Below are positions 21,865 through 30,749 of a DNA stretch of 64,000 nt, in pieces (position 1 is the stretch's first letter; each line of letters starts with the position of its first letter). The notes beneath the pieces are model-generated. The model saw only the letters and a list, made by a program, of their open reading frames with translations. It had not been told where the DNA came from and searched no databases. The translations under genes were made by a program, and so were the position numbers. This DNA comes from a candidate division WOR-3 bacterium (lineage in GTDB: Bacteria > Hydrothermota > Hydrothermia > B15-G9 > WFZT01): NCBI GenBank assembly GCA_027053075.1, contig JALUEE010000078.1, positions 43,573 to 107,572 of the forward strand. Direction: 5' to 3'.

Positions 21865-22584
21865 ATGGAACTTCTTTTCTGGACACCTGTTTTATACTCA
21901 CGTAAGGGTTTCCCGAGGGACGAGGAGGGCAACCCTTTTATTGAAGGAAAAGTCATTGAAGAGTCCATTACTTCGGCCCTCATTTTTTATCACATAAAAA
22001 AGGACAAGCTCCTCGAAAATCAGATTAAAAAGCTCCTCATGGAGCTTTCACCTCGTGATGTGATGCCCATGGTGAAGAAATTGATATTTGAAAAATACAA
22101 TCTGCACTCTCTTTTGACTTTACCCGATAGAATTCCTCTAATTGGTGGTAAAATCTACAAAACTCCCGTTGATGTAATGGACCTTCAGACGTGGGACGAG
22201 GTGGATTCATTTATAGGAGAGGTCTTCGAGGGTATCCTCAGAATACCCGTCGAATCTGAAAAGCTGGAGCTTATCATGGCAGCCGGACATTCATACACAG
22301 AAGCCCTGCTCAAAATGGAGATGGAGCTTTTAGGTGATCATCCACTGGTAGAGACCTTCTACATTCCCATGATCAATGAGGTCAAGAAATGGGAAATCCC
22401 ACTCAGGACAGGGTGGTGGACCGTGGAAAAATTTAAGGGAAATCTTCTCTTCTTCTGGAGGGTTAAGGAAATAAGAGAAAGATTCTTGCGCGAATTTAAG
22501 CTGGATATAAGGCCACAGAAAATCCTCTTTCTCCCACGGGAGGGGGTGACGGCAGGATGGGCAGAACTTAAAAAGGAGGTGTAA
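21865..22584 (+). CDS. Hypothetical protein with degenerate Csm5/RAMP-like motifs
   Basis: GNPFIEGKVIEESITSALIFY, LRTGWW and terminal GWAEL resemble Csm5 motifs by eye. Confidence 0.5.
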   Translation: MELLFWTPVLYSRKGFPRDEEGNPFIEGKVIEESITSALIFYHIKKDKLLENQIKKLLMELSPRDVMPMVKKLIFEKYNLHSLLTLPDRIPLIGGKIYKTPVDVMDLQTWDEVDSFIGEVFEGILRIPVESEKLELIMAAGHSYTEALLKMEMELLGDHPLVETFYIPMINEVKKWEIPLRTGWWTVEKFKGNLLFFWRVKEIRERFLREFKLDIRPQKILFLPREGVTAGWAELKKEV

Positions 22585-22587
22585 GTC

Positions 22588-23046
22588 ATGGCAGCAAAGA
22601 AAGAAGTAAAAAAGGACGACAAAAAAATGGCTGAACTCAATAGGGAGCTGAGAAGCTATATAAACCAGATAGAAACACTCAGGGTAAATATTACAAACAT
22701 TGATGCCCTGATTTCGGAGTACAGGACAACCATAACAACCCTTCAGAACCTGAAAGACCTTGGTAAAGGTAAAGAAGTGCTCCTGCCTGTAGGAAGGATT
22801 GCACAGGTTAGCGCGAAATTAGAGGCAGTTGATAAAGTAGTGGTAAGCATTGGAAGCAGCATATCTGTCGAGCTCACATTCGACGAGGCCGTCAAGCAGA
22901 TCGAGAAGGAAATCTCAGCTCTAATACTGCTCAGACAGGCACTTGAGAAGACGATGGTAGAGCTCTATGGGAAAGTGGAAGAATTAACCCAGAAGATAAG
23001 AGAACATGGAAGAGAAGAAGCAACAGCAGAAGAAGGAAAGAAATAA
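22588..23046 (+). CDS. pfdA: Prefoldin alpha subunit
   Basis: Coiled coil - EVLLPVG...DKVVVSIGSSISVE (two beta hairpins) - coiled coil. Confidence 0.85.
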   Translation: MAAKKEVKKDDKKMAELNRELRSYINQIETLRVNITNIDALISEYRTTITTLQNLKDLGKGKEVLLPVGRIAQVSAKLEAVDKVVVSIGSSISVELTFDEAVKQIEKEISALILLRQALEKTMVELYGKVEELTQKIREHGREEATAEEGKK

Positions 23047-23173
23047 GTGGATAGAGGAATTTATCTCAAAGTTGCCAGAAGGCAGAAAAATTTACTACCG
23101 ATTTGGGAATCTTATGGTAGAGGTGTCTCGCAAGGAGGCACTGGAACTCATTAAAAAGGAGGAAAAGAAATGA
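23006..23173 (+). CDS. 55-aa prefoldin-beta-like mini protein (not in ORF track)
   Basis: MEEKKQQQKKERNKWIEEFISKLPEGRKIYYRFGNLMVEVSRKEALELIKKEEKK; stop overlaps next start (ATGA). Confidence 0.65.
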   Translation: MEEKKQQQKKERNKWIEEFISKLPEGRKIYYRFGNLMVEVSRKEALELIKKEEKK

Positions 23174-23643
23174 GGAAACCAGGAACTCTCATAGTGATTG
23201 TTACAATTGTCGCGCTGGCTCTCGGATGGGTGATCGGTGGATTTTTCACCAGCACCTCGGTGGCAAAAGCAATTGCATCCATCCCTGCGTCTCCGATAGT
23301 TGTGGATGCCAAGTACAAAAGAGACCAGCATACAATTGAATATTCAATGCTAAATCCAGGAGGGATGCCCCTCACCATTGTGCAGGAATCTTTTGTCTTC
23401 ACACCCGGTAAAGAGACTAAAGAGAAGAGCTACATCGTGTCCAACGTACCTGTCAACGTAAAACTGCTTCCCGGGGTGATTACAAAAGTTGAACTTAAGC
23501 TCAAACCCGGAACCGAGAAACTCCAGCTCGGAGACGTGGTACTTGCTACCTTTGCCTACCATCATCCTCTTTCAGAGGACCTTTATACGGTGGTTCACTC
23601 GTTTACCATGGAAACAGCAGACACCACTGGAGGTAAGAAGTAA
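23170..23643 (+). CDS. Membrane-anchored/secreted beta-rich hypothetical protein
   Basis: N-terminal hydrophobic segment; translational coupling. Confidence 0.75.
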   Translation: MRKPGTLIVIVTIVALALGWVIGGFFTSTSVAKAIASIPASPIVVDAKYKRDQHTIEYSMLNPGGMPLTIVQESFVFTPGKETKEKSYIVSNVPVNVKLLPGVITKVELKLKPGTEKLQLGDVVLATFAYHHPLSEDLYTVVHSFTMETADTTGGKK

Positions 23644-24167
23644 TGAAGGGTGAAAGAGTCCTGTGGTGGATATTCTTTGTAGTATTCGTTGCCTTCCTGA
23701 TTTTCGGTACTCTCGTGTTCACTGCTACGATCATAGCAAATCCTGTTGCAGCAACATTCTTTCTGGGTCTAACAGGTTTCTGGCTCTTTGCCAATAGACT
23801 CATATTCGGTTTCGCAGGAATCACAAACACCGCAAATCAGGTTGCAAAAGGAGAGGAAGTTGACAGGAAAAAATTGGCCTCGTACTCAAAGGAACCTGAA
23901 GAAAGGACAAGGGAGCTCAGTCTGGTTTCGCTTCTGATCCTCTGGAGAAATGCTCTTGAACCTTACAGGTACGCTTACTACTTCGCATTCTTTATAGTGT
24001 TCATCATCGCAATGCTTTTCCAGCTAAATATAATCCAGTCATACGTAGGAGTGATAGCGAAGTCCATCATGTTCGGTGCATCCGTGCCAACGCTGATAGT
24101 GTGGGTACTTGACATATTTTCACGTGCTTACTTAAACGGAGCGATTAAGGCTTCAATGGGGGCCTAA
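23643..24167 (+). CDS. Integral membrane hypothetical protein
   Basis: About four hydrophobic helices; TAATG overlap. Confidence 0.75.
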   Translation: MKGERVLWWIFFVVFVAFLIFGTLVFTATIIANPVAATFFLGLTGFWLFANRLIFGFAGITNTANQVAKGEEVDRKKLASYSKEPEERTRELSLVSLLILWRNALEPYRYAYYFAFFIVFIIAMLFQLNIIQSYVGVIAKSIMFGASVPTLIVWVLDIFSRAYLNGAIKASMGA

Positions 24168-24310
24168 TAGACACCCTCCTTCCGTTTAAAGCAGGAGGGG
24201 GCGGGATGGTGGGGAGCTTTTTATATAAATTTGAGTGGGAAGCGAATTTAAGAGATAGTTAACGTTTATACCGTATAGAGAGCAAATTCGAACTTTTTAT
24301 AAGATGTTGG

Positions 24311-24337
24311 GAGGGGCTGCCCGAAGGGCAGCCCCTC
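24311..24337. terminator. Hairpin just downstream of S41 protease gene
   Basis: 12-bp stem, GAA loop. Confidence 0.55.
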
Positions 24338-24343
24338 ATCTCA

Positions 24344-27088
24344 TCATTCCTTCACCTCTTCCTTTATAACCTCAATTGCCTTCAAAAGCTGGAGGTCTTC
24401 ATCTGGCCTGTTGGGGTCATTTTCCACATAAACATCAGGCTTAACCCCAAGACCCTCTAAGTTGGTTCCATCCGGCAAATACCAGCCAACATAAGGCACG
24501 TTGAGACTCGAACCGTCGGGCAATTTAACGTGGTCGGTTCCTATCACCCCACCACCTGTGGGCACACCCACAAGCTTTCCGATTCCGAGATACTTCACAG
24601 CAGCCGGGAAAATCTCCGCATCCGAGAACGAGTACTGGTTAATGAGCACCACAAGGGGCTTGCCCCATCTGAGCCTGGGCTGAACCTGTATCTTTCCACC
24701 TCTCCTTCTGAATTTTGCATAGGCCTTTTTCGTAAGGATATCAAGAAGGGCCTCGTGAATGCGACCACCAGGGTTGTAACGAATATCAAGGATTAACCCC
24801 TCTTTCTTCTGCCTCAAAAATCTCATTATTGCTCGCCTGAATCTTGCAAGCTCATCCTCGTTCATTGCTCTGATATGATGATACGCAACCTTTCCACCTG
24901 TCAGGCTATCCACGATATGTGCATTACGCCTCTCCCACTCTTCCCACACGAAAGTCCTCATGGTGTCAGCAGGTAGAACCTTCATGGAGAGCACACGCTC
25001 GTCCACTGTTTTCACCGTTATGCTATCCCTGTTGAAAGTTTCTTTGTAGAAGTTGAAGTGTGGATTTTTAGTGCTGTGGCCGTTGATTTCAACGATCATA
25101 TCACCCACTTCTAAACCAGCAGAGTCTGCAGGTGAACCCTTGAAGACCTTTGCCACCTTCAGCCCGTATTCCGTCAGTTTCCCTCTGAATCCTACAAATC
25201 CCTTTATCTTGATTTTGCTCTTAGGTGGTGAGATTCCCATGTGGGACGCTCTAAGCTCACCGGTCATAAAGAGGATAGCCTTTCTAAGCTCACTGTAAGT
25301 TTCGATATAGTCAAGAAGTGGCTCGTAGTATGCCTTTACCGCTTTCCAATCGACTCCATTCATGGTAGAATCGTAAAATCTCGTCTTCAACTCCTCCCAG
25401 GCCATATCGAATATGCGACGGAAATCCTTTTTACGATCAACCATCTCTTCCGCCGTGAATTCCACAGTTTCAGGCAGAATAAGTTCTTTAGGAGCCTTGA
25501 TTTTCTGGATTTTCCCGTGGTTTGTGAAAATAATCAGTCCATCTGCCCAGTTGGGCCCACGCCCAGGGGTGAGCTGCACGTGGTGCTTTCCAGCGGCATC
25601 CATGACATAGATATTTACACCAGACTGTGATGAGACCTCATAAGCCACCATATTGCCGTCAGGAGAAACTGTTGGAATCTGTTTATAACCCGGCCCTGAC
25701 GTGAGTTTTTGTGGCTTGCCTTTGGCCTTACCGTCCTCAAAAGCAACTCGGTAAATTTCTCCGTTACCACTCCTCTGAGAATCAAAATAAATCCATTTTC
25801 CATCTGGAGAAAATGTGGCATCATCGTCTGCCTTTTCGTGGTGGGTAATCTGGAAAACCTTCCTATCACTCAGTCTGATAACAAAAATGTCTTTGTTCCC
25901 CTTTCTCATTGATGTAAACACAATGTAGTTCCCATCAGGTGACCAACTTTCGAAGAAATCATCGTGTTTATCCTTTGTAATCTGCTCGGGCTGGCCACCA
26001 TCCACAGGAATTACAAAAATGTCATTATTGCCATTTCTATTCGAAAAGTAGGCAATTTTCTTGCCATCAGGAGAAAAGCGGGGCCACTTATTTGCGTAAG
26101 GGTCATCGGTTATTTTCCTTGCCTCACCTCCATTCGCAGGCACAATCCAGATATCTCCTCTCATAGAAAATGCGATGTATCTGCCATCAGGAGATAGAGC
26201 AGGTGATTCGCCCGAATCTGTAAATTTCCTCAAAAATTTCTCCGGAAGCTTGTCATCAGTTCTGATAATAATATTCAACGGGCTGACCTCACCTGTAGCA
26301 AGATCAAGTTTGTAGAGCATCAATTTGTGCTCAAATATTGCGAATCTGCCGTCTTTAGATACGGTTAGGTGAAGCGCGTCTCCCCTTTTTAGGTGGGTGA
26401 GCCTCACGGGTTTGCCTTCAAATTTATAAACCTGCAGGCCACTATCCCTTTCCGAAATAAAATAGAGGTTGCCCTTGCCATCAACTGCAGGGTCCCTGTC
26501 GGTGCCATCAAAGTGTGTGATTCTTTCAAACTTACCATCCTTGAGCTTGTAAATTTCTCCATTTGCCGAGCCCCTATATCCCTTTCTGAAGTACGAAACT
26601 CCATTTCTCACAAAATATATGGAGCTGTCAGGAGAATATACGGCACTGTGAGATTCAAAGAAGGTTACCCGCTTTGCCGGACCTCCATCTTTGTGAATTT
26701 TATAGACACTATAGACAATTCCGTCTCGGTAGGAATAAAAAAGTATGGTGTCACCCTTCCAGTCCGATGGGATATCGGTTGAAGGGTTGTAAGTGAGTCT
26801 TTTTGGCATACCACCTTCTGAGGGGACAATCCAGATGTCGTAATTCCCCGCGCGTCTTGAGCCAAAGGCTATGAACTTTCCATCAGGTGACCAGACAGGC
26901 TTTGTATCCGTAGAATCGTGAAGTGTTATGCGCTTTAATGTGCTGTCTTTCAGCCCATAGACCCAGATATCTCCCCGATAGGTAAATGCAACTTTATTGC
27001 CATCCGGAGAAATAGCCGGGTAAAAAAGTCCAGGGGTTGGCTTCCCCTGCGTAACGGATAGAAAAATAAAGAGAAGATACTTTATCAT
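24344..27088 (-). CDS. Tricorn-like S41 peptidase with PD40 beta-propellers and PDZ
   Basis: Many SPDG repeats, LDIRYNPGG, SFSDAE, GGVIG, NLEGLGVKPD; start at MIKYLL. Confidence 0.9.
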   Translation of the reverse strand: MIKYLLFIFLSVTQGKPTPGLFYPAISPDGNKVAFTYRGDIWVYGLKDSTLKRITLHDSTDTKPVWSPDGKFIAFGSRRAGNYDIWIVPSEGGMPKRLTYNPSTDIPSDWKGDTILFYSYRDGIVYSVYKIHKDGGPAKRVTFFESHSAVYSPDSSIYFVRNGVSYFRKGYRGSANGEIYKLKDGKFERITHFDGTDRDPAVDGKGNLYFISERDSGLQVYKFEGKPVRLTHLKRGDALHLTVSKDGRFAIFEHKLMLYKLDLATGEVSPLNIIIRTDDKLPEKFLRKFTDSGESPALSPDGRYIAFSMRGDIWIVPANGGEARKITDDPYANKWPRFSPDGKKIAYFSNRNGNNDIFVIPVDGGQPEQITKDKHDDFFESWSPDGNYIVFTSMRKGNKDIFVIRLSDRKVFQITHHEKADDDATFSPDGKWIYFDSQRSGNGEIYRVAFEDGKAKGKPQKLTSGPGYKQIPTVSPDGNMVAYEVSSQSGVNIYVMDAAGKHHVQLTPGRGPNWADGLIIFTNHGKIQKIKAPKELILPETVEFTAEEMVDRKKDFRRIFDMAWEELKTRFYDSTMNGVDWKAVKAYYEPLLDYIETYSELRKAILFMTGELRASHMGISPPKSKIKIKGFVGFRGKLTEYGLKVAKVFKGSPADSAGLEVGDMIVEINGHSTKNPHFNFYKETFNRDSITVKTVDERVLSMKVLPADTMRTFVWEEWERRNAHIVDSLTGGKVAYHHIRAMNEDELARFRRAIMRFLRQKKEGLILDIRYNPGGRIHEALLDILTKKAYAKFRRRGGKIQVQPRLRWGKPLVVLINQYSFSDAEIFPAAVKYLGIGKLVGVPTGGGVIGTDHVKLPDGSSLNVPYVGWYLPDGTNLEGLGVKPDVYVENDPNRPDEDLQLLKAIEVIKEEVKE

Positions 27089-27136
27089 ATCACACAGCCT
27101 CCTTTCAAAAATTTTGGTAAGTTTAAGGTGCTCACA

Positions 27137-28300
27137 ATGGATTTTCAAAAAATGTTGATAGCAAAGAGAAACGACCAGATTACCTCCTTCATCGTGATGG
27201 AGATTCTGGAGAAAGCGGTGCGTCTCGAGCGTGAGGGGAAGAGTATCATTCATCTTGAAATAGGTGAACCTGACTTTGATACCCCGGAGCCCATCCGAAA
27301 GGCTGGTATCCGGGCCATAAAAGAGAGTAAAACCCACTACACGCCGAGCCTTGGAATCCCGCAGCTCCGAGAGGCAATAGCTGAATTTTACCACGATTAC
27401 TACGGTGTAGATGTGTCTCCGGAGCGAGTGGTGGTAACAAACGGCACATCAGGGGCATTTTTACTCGTTATGGCTGCAATCCTTGACATAGGAGACGAGG
27501 TCATCTTCACTGATCCGGGATACCCCTGCTATCCAAATTTTGCACGAAGCTTTGATGCAAATCCCGTGTTTGTCCCGGTTTACGAAGAAGAAAACTTCGA
27601 AGTGGATATCAAGCGCCTAAAAGAGGCTTTGAGTCCCCGCACAAAGGCAATTCTTATCGCCTCACCAGCTAATCCCACGGGAACACTTACAAGCCCCGAA
27701 AAACTGAAAGAGGCCCTTGAGCTTGTACCGTTTTTCATTTCAGATGAAATTTATCACGGCCTCGTATATGAAGGGGAGGAACACACTGTGCTGGAATTTT
27801 CAGATAGGGCAATTGTGATAAATGGATTCTCAAAGCTCTTTGCCATGACCGGATGGAGGCTCGGCTGGGTCATCGTGCCAGAGGATTTATTGAAAACCAT
27901 CCATAAACTTGCTCAGAACCTGTTTATCTGTCCAAACTCAATTTCGCAGTATGCTGCTCTGGCAGCCTTTAAAGAAAGCTGGGATTATGTTCTTGAAATG
28001 AAAGAAAAATACAACGAAAGACGACTTGAAATGATAAAGGGGCTCCGCGAGATTGGGTTTGAGATAAAGTCCACCCCGGCAGGTGCCTTTTACGTTTTTG
28101 CCAACATTTCAAAGTTTTCAGATGACTCTTTTAAATTTGCCCATGAGCTCCTGGACAATGCAGGAGTTGCGGCAACTCCGGGAGTTGACTTCGGGAAAAA
28201 CAGGACCAATCATTATATCCGATTCTCTTATGCCAACTCCCTTGAGAATATCAGGGAAGCGATCGAAAGAATAAAAACTTATCTGAAGGAGAGAGCATGA
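27137..28300 (+). CDS. PLP-dependent aminotransferase class I/II
   Basis: GEPDF, PANPTG, SDEIY, GFSKLFAMTGWRLG. Confidence 0.93.
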   Translation: MDFQKMLIAKRNDQITSFIVMEILEKAVRLEREGKSIIHLEIGEPDFDTPEPIRKAGIRAIKESKTHYTPSLGIPQLREAIAEFYHDYYGVDVSPERVVVTNGTSGAFLLVMAAILDIGDEVIFTDPGYPCYPNFARSFDANPVFVPVYEEENFEVDIKRLKEALSPRTKAILIASPANPTGTLTSPEKLKEALELVPFFISDEIYHGLVYEGEEHTVLEFSDRAIVINGFSKLFAMTGWRLGWVIVPEDLLKTIHKLAQNLFICPNSISQYAALAAFKESWDYVLEMKEKYNERRLEMIKGLREIGFEIKSTPAGAFYVFANISKFSDDSFKFAHELLDNAGVAATPGVDFGKNRTNHYIRFSYANSLENIREAIERIKTYLKERA

Positions 28301-28731
28301 GGTTACTAACAAGATCAAGATATGCGGTTAGAGCAATACTTGACCTTGCAATGAATCAGGATGATAAACCTGTGTTTATCAGGCAAATTGCTGAAAGAGA
28401 GGGGCTCTCCGAGCGGTATCTTGAGAATCTTTTTCTCCAGCTTAAGAGAGCAGGGATTCTTGAAAGCTCGAAGGGACGCGGAGGTGGATTCAAACTGGCA
28501 AAGCCACCGGAAGAGATCACAATTCTCGAGATTGTCGAGGTGGTTGAAGGCAGGATTAGTCTTGTGGCTTGTGTGGAGGACGAATCCGTATGCGAAAATG
28601 TTGACATCTGTGCTCCACACGACCTTTGGAAAGAACTTGCTGAAAATATCAGGGATTTTTTGAGAAATTACACCCTTAAAGACCTTATCGAGTTACAGAA
28701 AGAAAAACTCCAGCGAGTTTTGGAGAAGTAA
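28297..28731 (+). CDS. Rrf2/IscR-family transcriptional regulator
   Basis: RYAVRA, YLE, G.GGGFKLA, three Cys (C-x5-C-x5-C). Confidence 0.92.
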   Translation: MRLLTRSRYAVRAILDLAMNQDDKPVFIRQIAEREGLSERYLENLFLQLKRAGILESSKGRGGGFKLAKPPEEITILEIVEVVEGRISLVACVEDESVCENVDICAPHDLWKELAENIRDFLRNYTLKDLIELQKEKLQRVLEK

Positions 28732-29039
28732 TACCAACACCTATTAAACACCGGGCTTATAAATTTTAAGCTGATTACAGTGGTGAGCAAATAAGTTTAG
28801 CCGATGGATGATGTAGAAAATTATCGGTCCCATTCTCATCTAACTCCACTTTGACGAAGGAGAAGGAATTCTTAGCTTACTGGTAAAGATTCCGTCCCTG
28901 CTGACTCGAGCAAGAATAGTGTTACCCTGGGGAAGGGATGTTCGGGGCAGGGTTTATCAATGCTAAACGCTATAAATTTTCCCGATTTGAACTATGCACA
29001 CTTAAAGATAGCGCAAGAAAGGAAAATTTCGGTTTGTAT

Positions 29040-29355
29040 AGACTTCCCCTCCTTCCCTTCGGGAAGGAGGGGGTTAGGGGAGAATGGGGAAAGCTAAATT
29101 TAGTAGGTTTGAGAGCCATGCGCACAAAATTTCTGAGAATACAAGGACTGGACTTTTTGAAGTATTATAAAATTTCAGATGTCCCCATTCATCTAACTTC
29201 TCCCCGCAATTTCAAGACTTTTCCCTCCCCCGCTTGCGAAGCAAGCGGGGGAGGGGTAGGGAGGGGGCATTCCGCTTAAATTCTATAAAAATTTAAGATG
29301 TGGCCCCTCACCTCAATCCTCTCCCCGCAAAAAAATCTATGCGGGGAGAGGAAGT
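29040..29355. repeat. Cluster of GC-rich hairpin repeats
   Basis: CCCCTCCTTCCC-TTC-GGGAAGGAGGGG; CCCTCCCCCGCTTGC-GAA-GCAAGCGGGGGAGGG; CCTCTCCCCGCA...TGCGGGGAGAGG. Confidence 0.75.
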
Positions 29356-29516
29356 TTTCTGACGCGGGCAGGTGAATGACTTTCAATCAATATGGGTAAA
29401 AATTAGTGCAACCAGCATTGATAAGCCTTGGGGTTGGGATGGAATGGGTGATTTTGGATTCATCTACACTATAGTGGAAATATTTGGATGATTCTTAATC
29501 GCTATTGTTATAAATT

Positions 29517-30491
29517 CTAATCCCCGAGGTGCCTATCCTTTTCGATGTAATCTTTTATATACTCGGAGATTGCATTTTCAAATGTGTAAAATTTCCCGGG
29601 ATAGCCAAGACGACGAAGCTTTGAGATATTTGCCTGTGTGAAATACTGATACCTCGACTTTAGCCATTCGGGCATATCCACAAATTCGATTTGAGGCTCC
29701 ATGTTAAGGGCCCGGAAAACTGCATTTGCAAGATCATGCCAGCTGTGTGCACGCCCGGTACCTACATTGTAGATTCCATGGGCATTTTCAGATTTGTATA
29801 AAAACATAACTATCTCGACCACATCCTTGATGTAAATGAAATCTCTCTTCTGCTCCCCGTCTTTAAACTCTGGATTGTAGGATTTGAAAAGTCTGATTTT
29901 TCCTGTGTTTTTCACCTCTTCGTAAGCTTTTAACACTTTGCTCCGCATCTCTCCTTTGTGGTACTCATTGGGACCATATACGTTGAAGAACTTCAGTCCA
30001 ATCACGTTTCTCAAAAGATTATTTTCGTATAACCAGAGGTCAAAAAGGTGTTTTGAGAATGCATAGGGATTAAGGGGTCTTAATGAATGCAAAAGCACCT
30101 CATTGTCATCAAAGCCCAATTTTCCATCTCCATAGGTTGCTGCACTTGAAGCATAGATGAATTTGATCCCTCTTTTTATTGCGTATTGAGCCAGAACCTT
30201 TGAATAACGAAAGTTGTTTTCAATGAGGAATCCCGCGTCCTTTTCAAGCGTGTCACTCCTTGCCCCCATGTGAAAGATGGTATCGAGCCCCGGAATATCC
30301 TTATCCTGCTCGACTAATTTCAAGAATTCATCCTTCTCGATGTAATCCCGGAAGTAAAAGGGAGAAAGATTCTTCCATTTATCAGAGGTGGAGAGATGGT
30401 CAACGATAATGATGTCGCGTACATCTTCCTGGTTTAATCGCCACACAATGGCACTTCCTATAAAACCCGCACCACCAGTTACAACAATCAT
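29517..30491 (-). CDS. hldD: ADP-L-glycero-D-manno-heptose 6-epimerase
   Basis: VTGGAGFIGS, YASSAATYG, YAFSK, FFNVYGPNEYHKG, YQYFTQA. Confidence 0.93.
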   Translation of the reverse strand: MIVVTGGAGFIGSAIVWRLNQEDVRDIIIVDHLSTSDKWKNLSPFYFRDYIEKDEFLKLVEQDKDIPGLDTIFHMGARSDTLEKDAGFLIENNFRYSKVLAQYAIKRGIKFIYASSAATYGDGKLGFDDNEVLLHSLRPLNPYAFSKHLFDLWLYENNLLRNVIGLKFFNVYGPNEYHKGEMRSKVLKAYEEVKNTGKIRLFKSYNPEFKDGEQKRDFIYIKDVVEIVMFLYKSENAHGIYNVGTGRAHSWHDLANAVFRALNMEPQIEFVDMPEWLKSRYQYFTQANISKLRRLGYPGKFYTFENAISEYIKDYIEKDRHLGD

Positions 30492-30749
30492 GCATAAACT
30501 TTACATTAAGGATTGAATTATTTCAACGAGAAATTGAGCGCGTTCGAAAAATTTCAACTTAATTTGAAATTTTAAGAGGAATTCACTCACATATCTCCTT
30601 CCCCCACGCACGAAGTGTGTGGGGGGAAGGAGAGGATATTATCAGCTCTATTTACAAGTGTGAGCAAACTTCTGGAACGCCGAGAATAATGCACCTTTCC
30701 AAATTTTCTAATTTTCAAGCAAATCTCCCTGCCTCAAGTTAAAAAGAGT

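Noticed and set aside
28735..29040. Long intergenic stretch as ncRNA or gene remnant
   Set aside because: No recognisable RNA family structure or protein motif by eye
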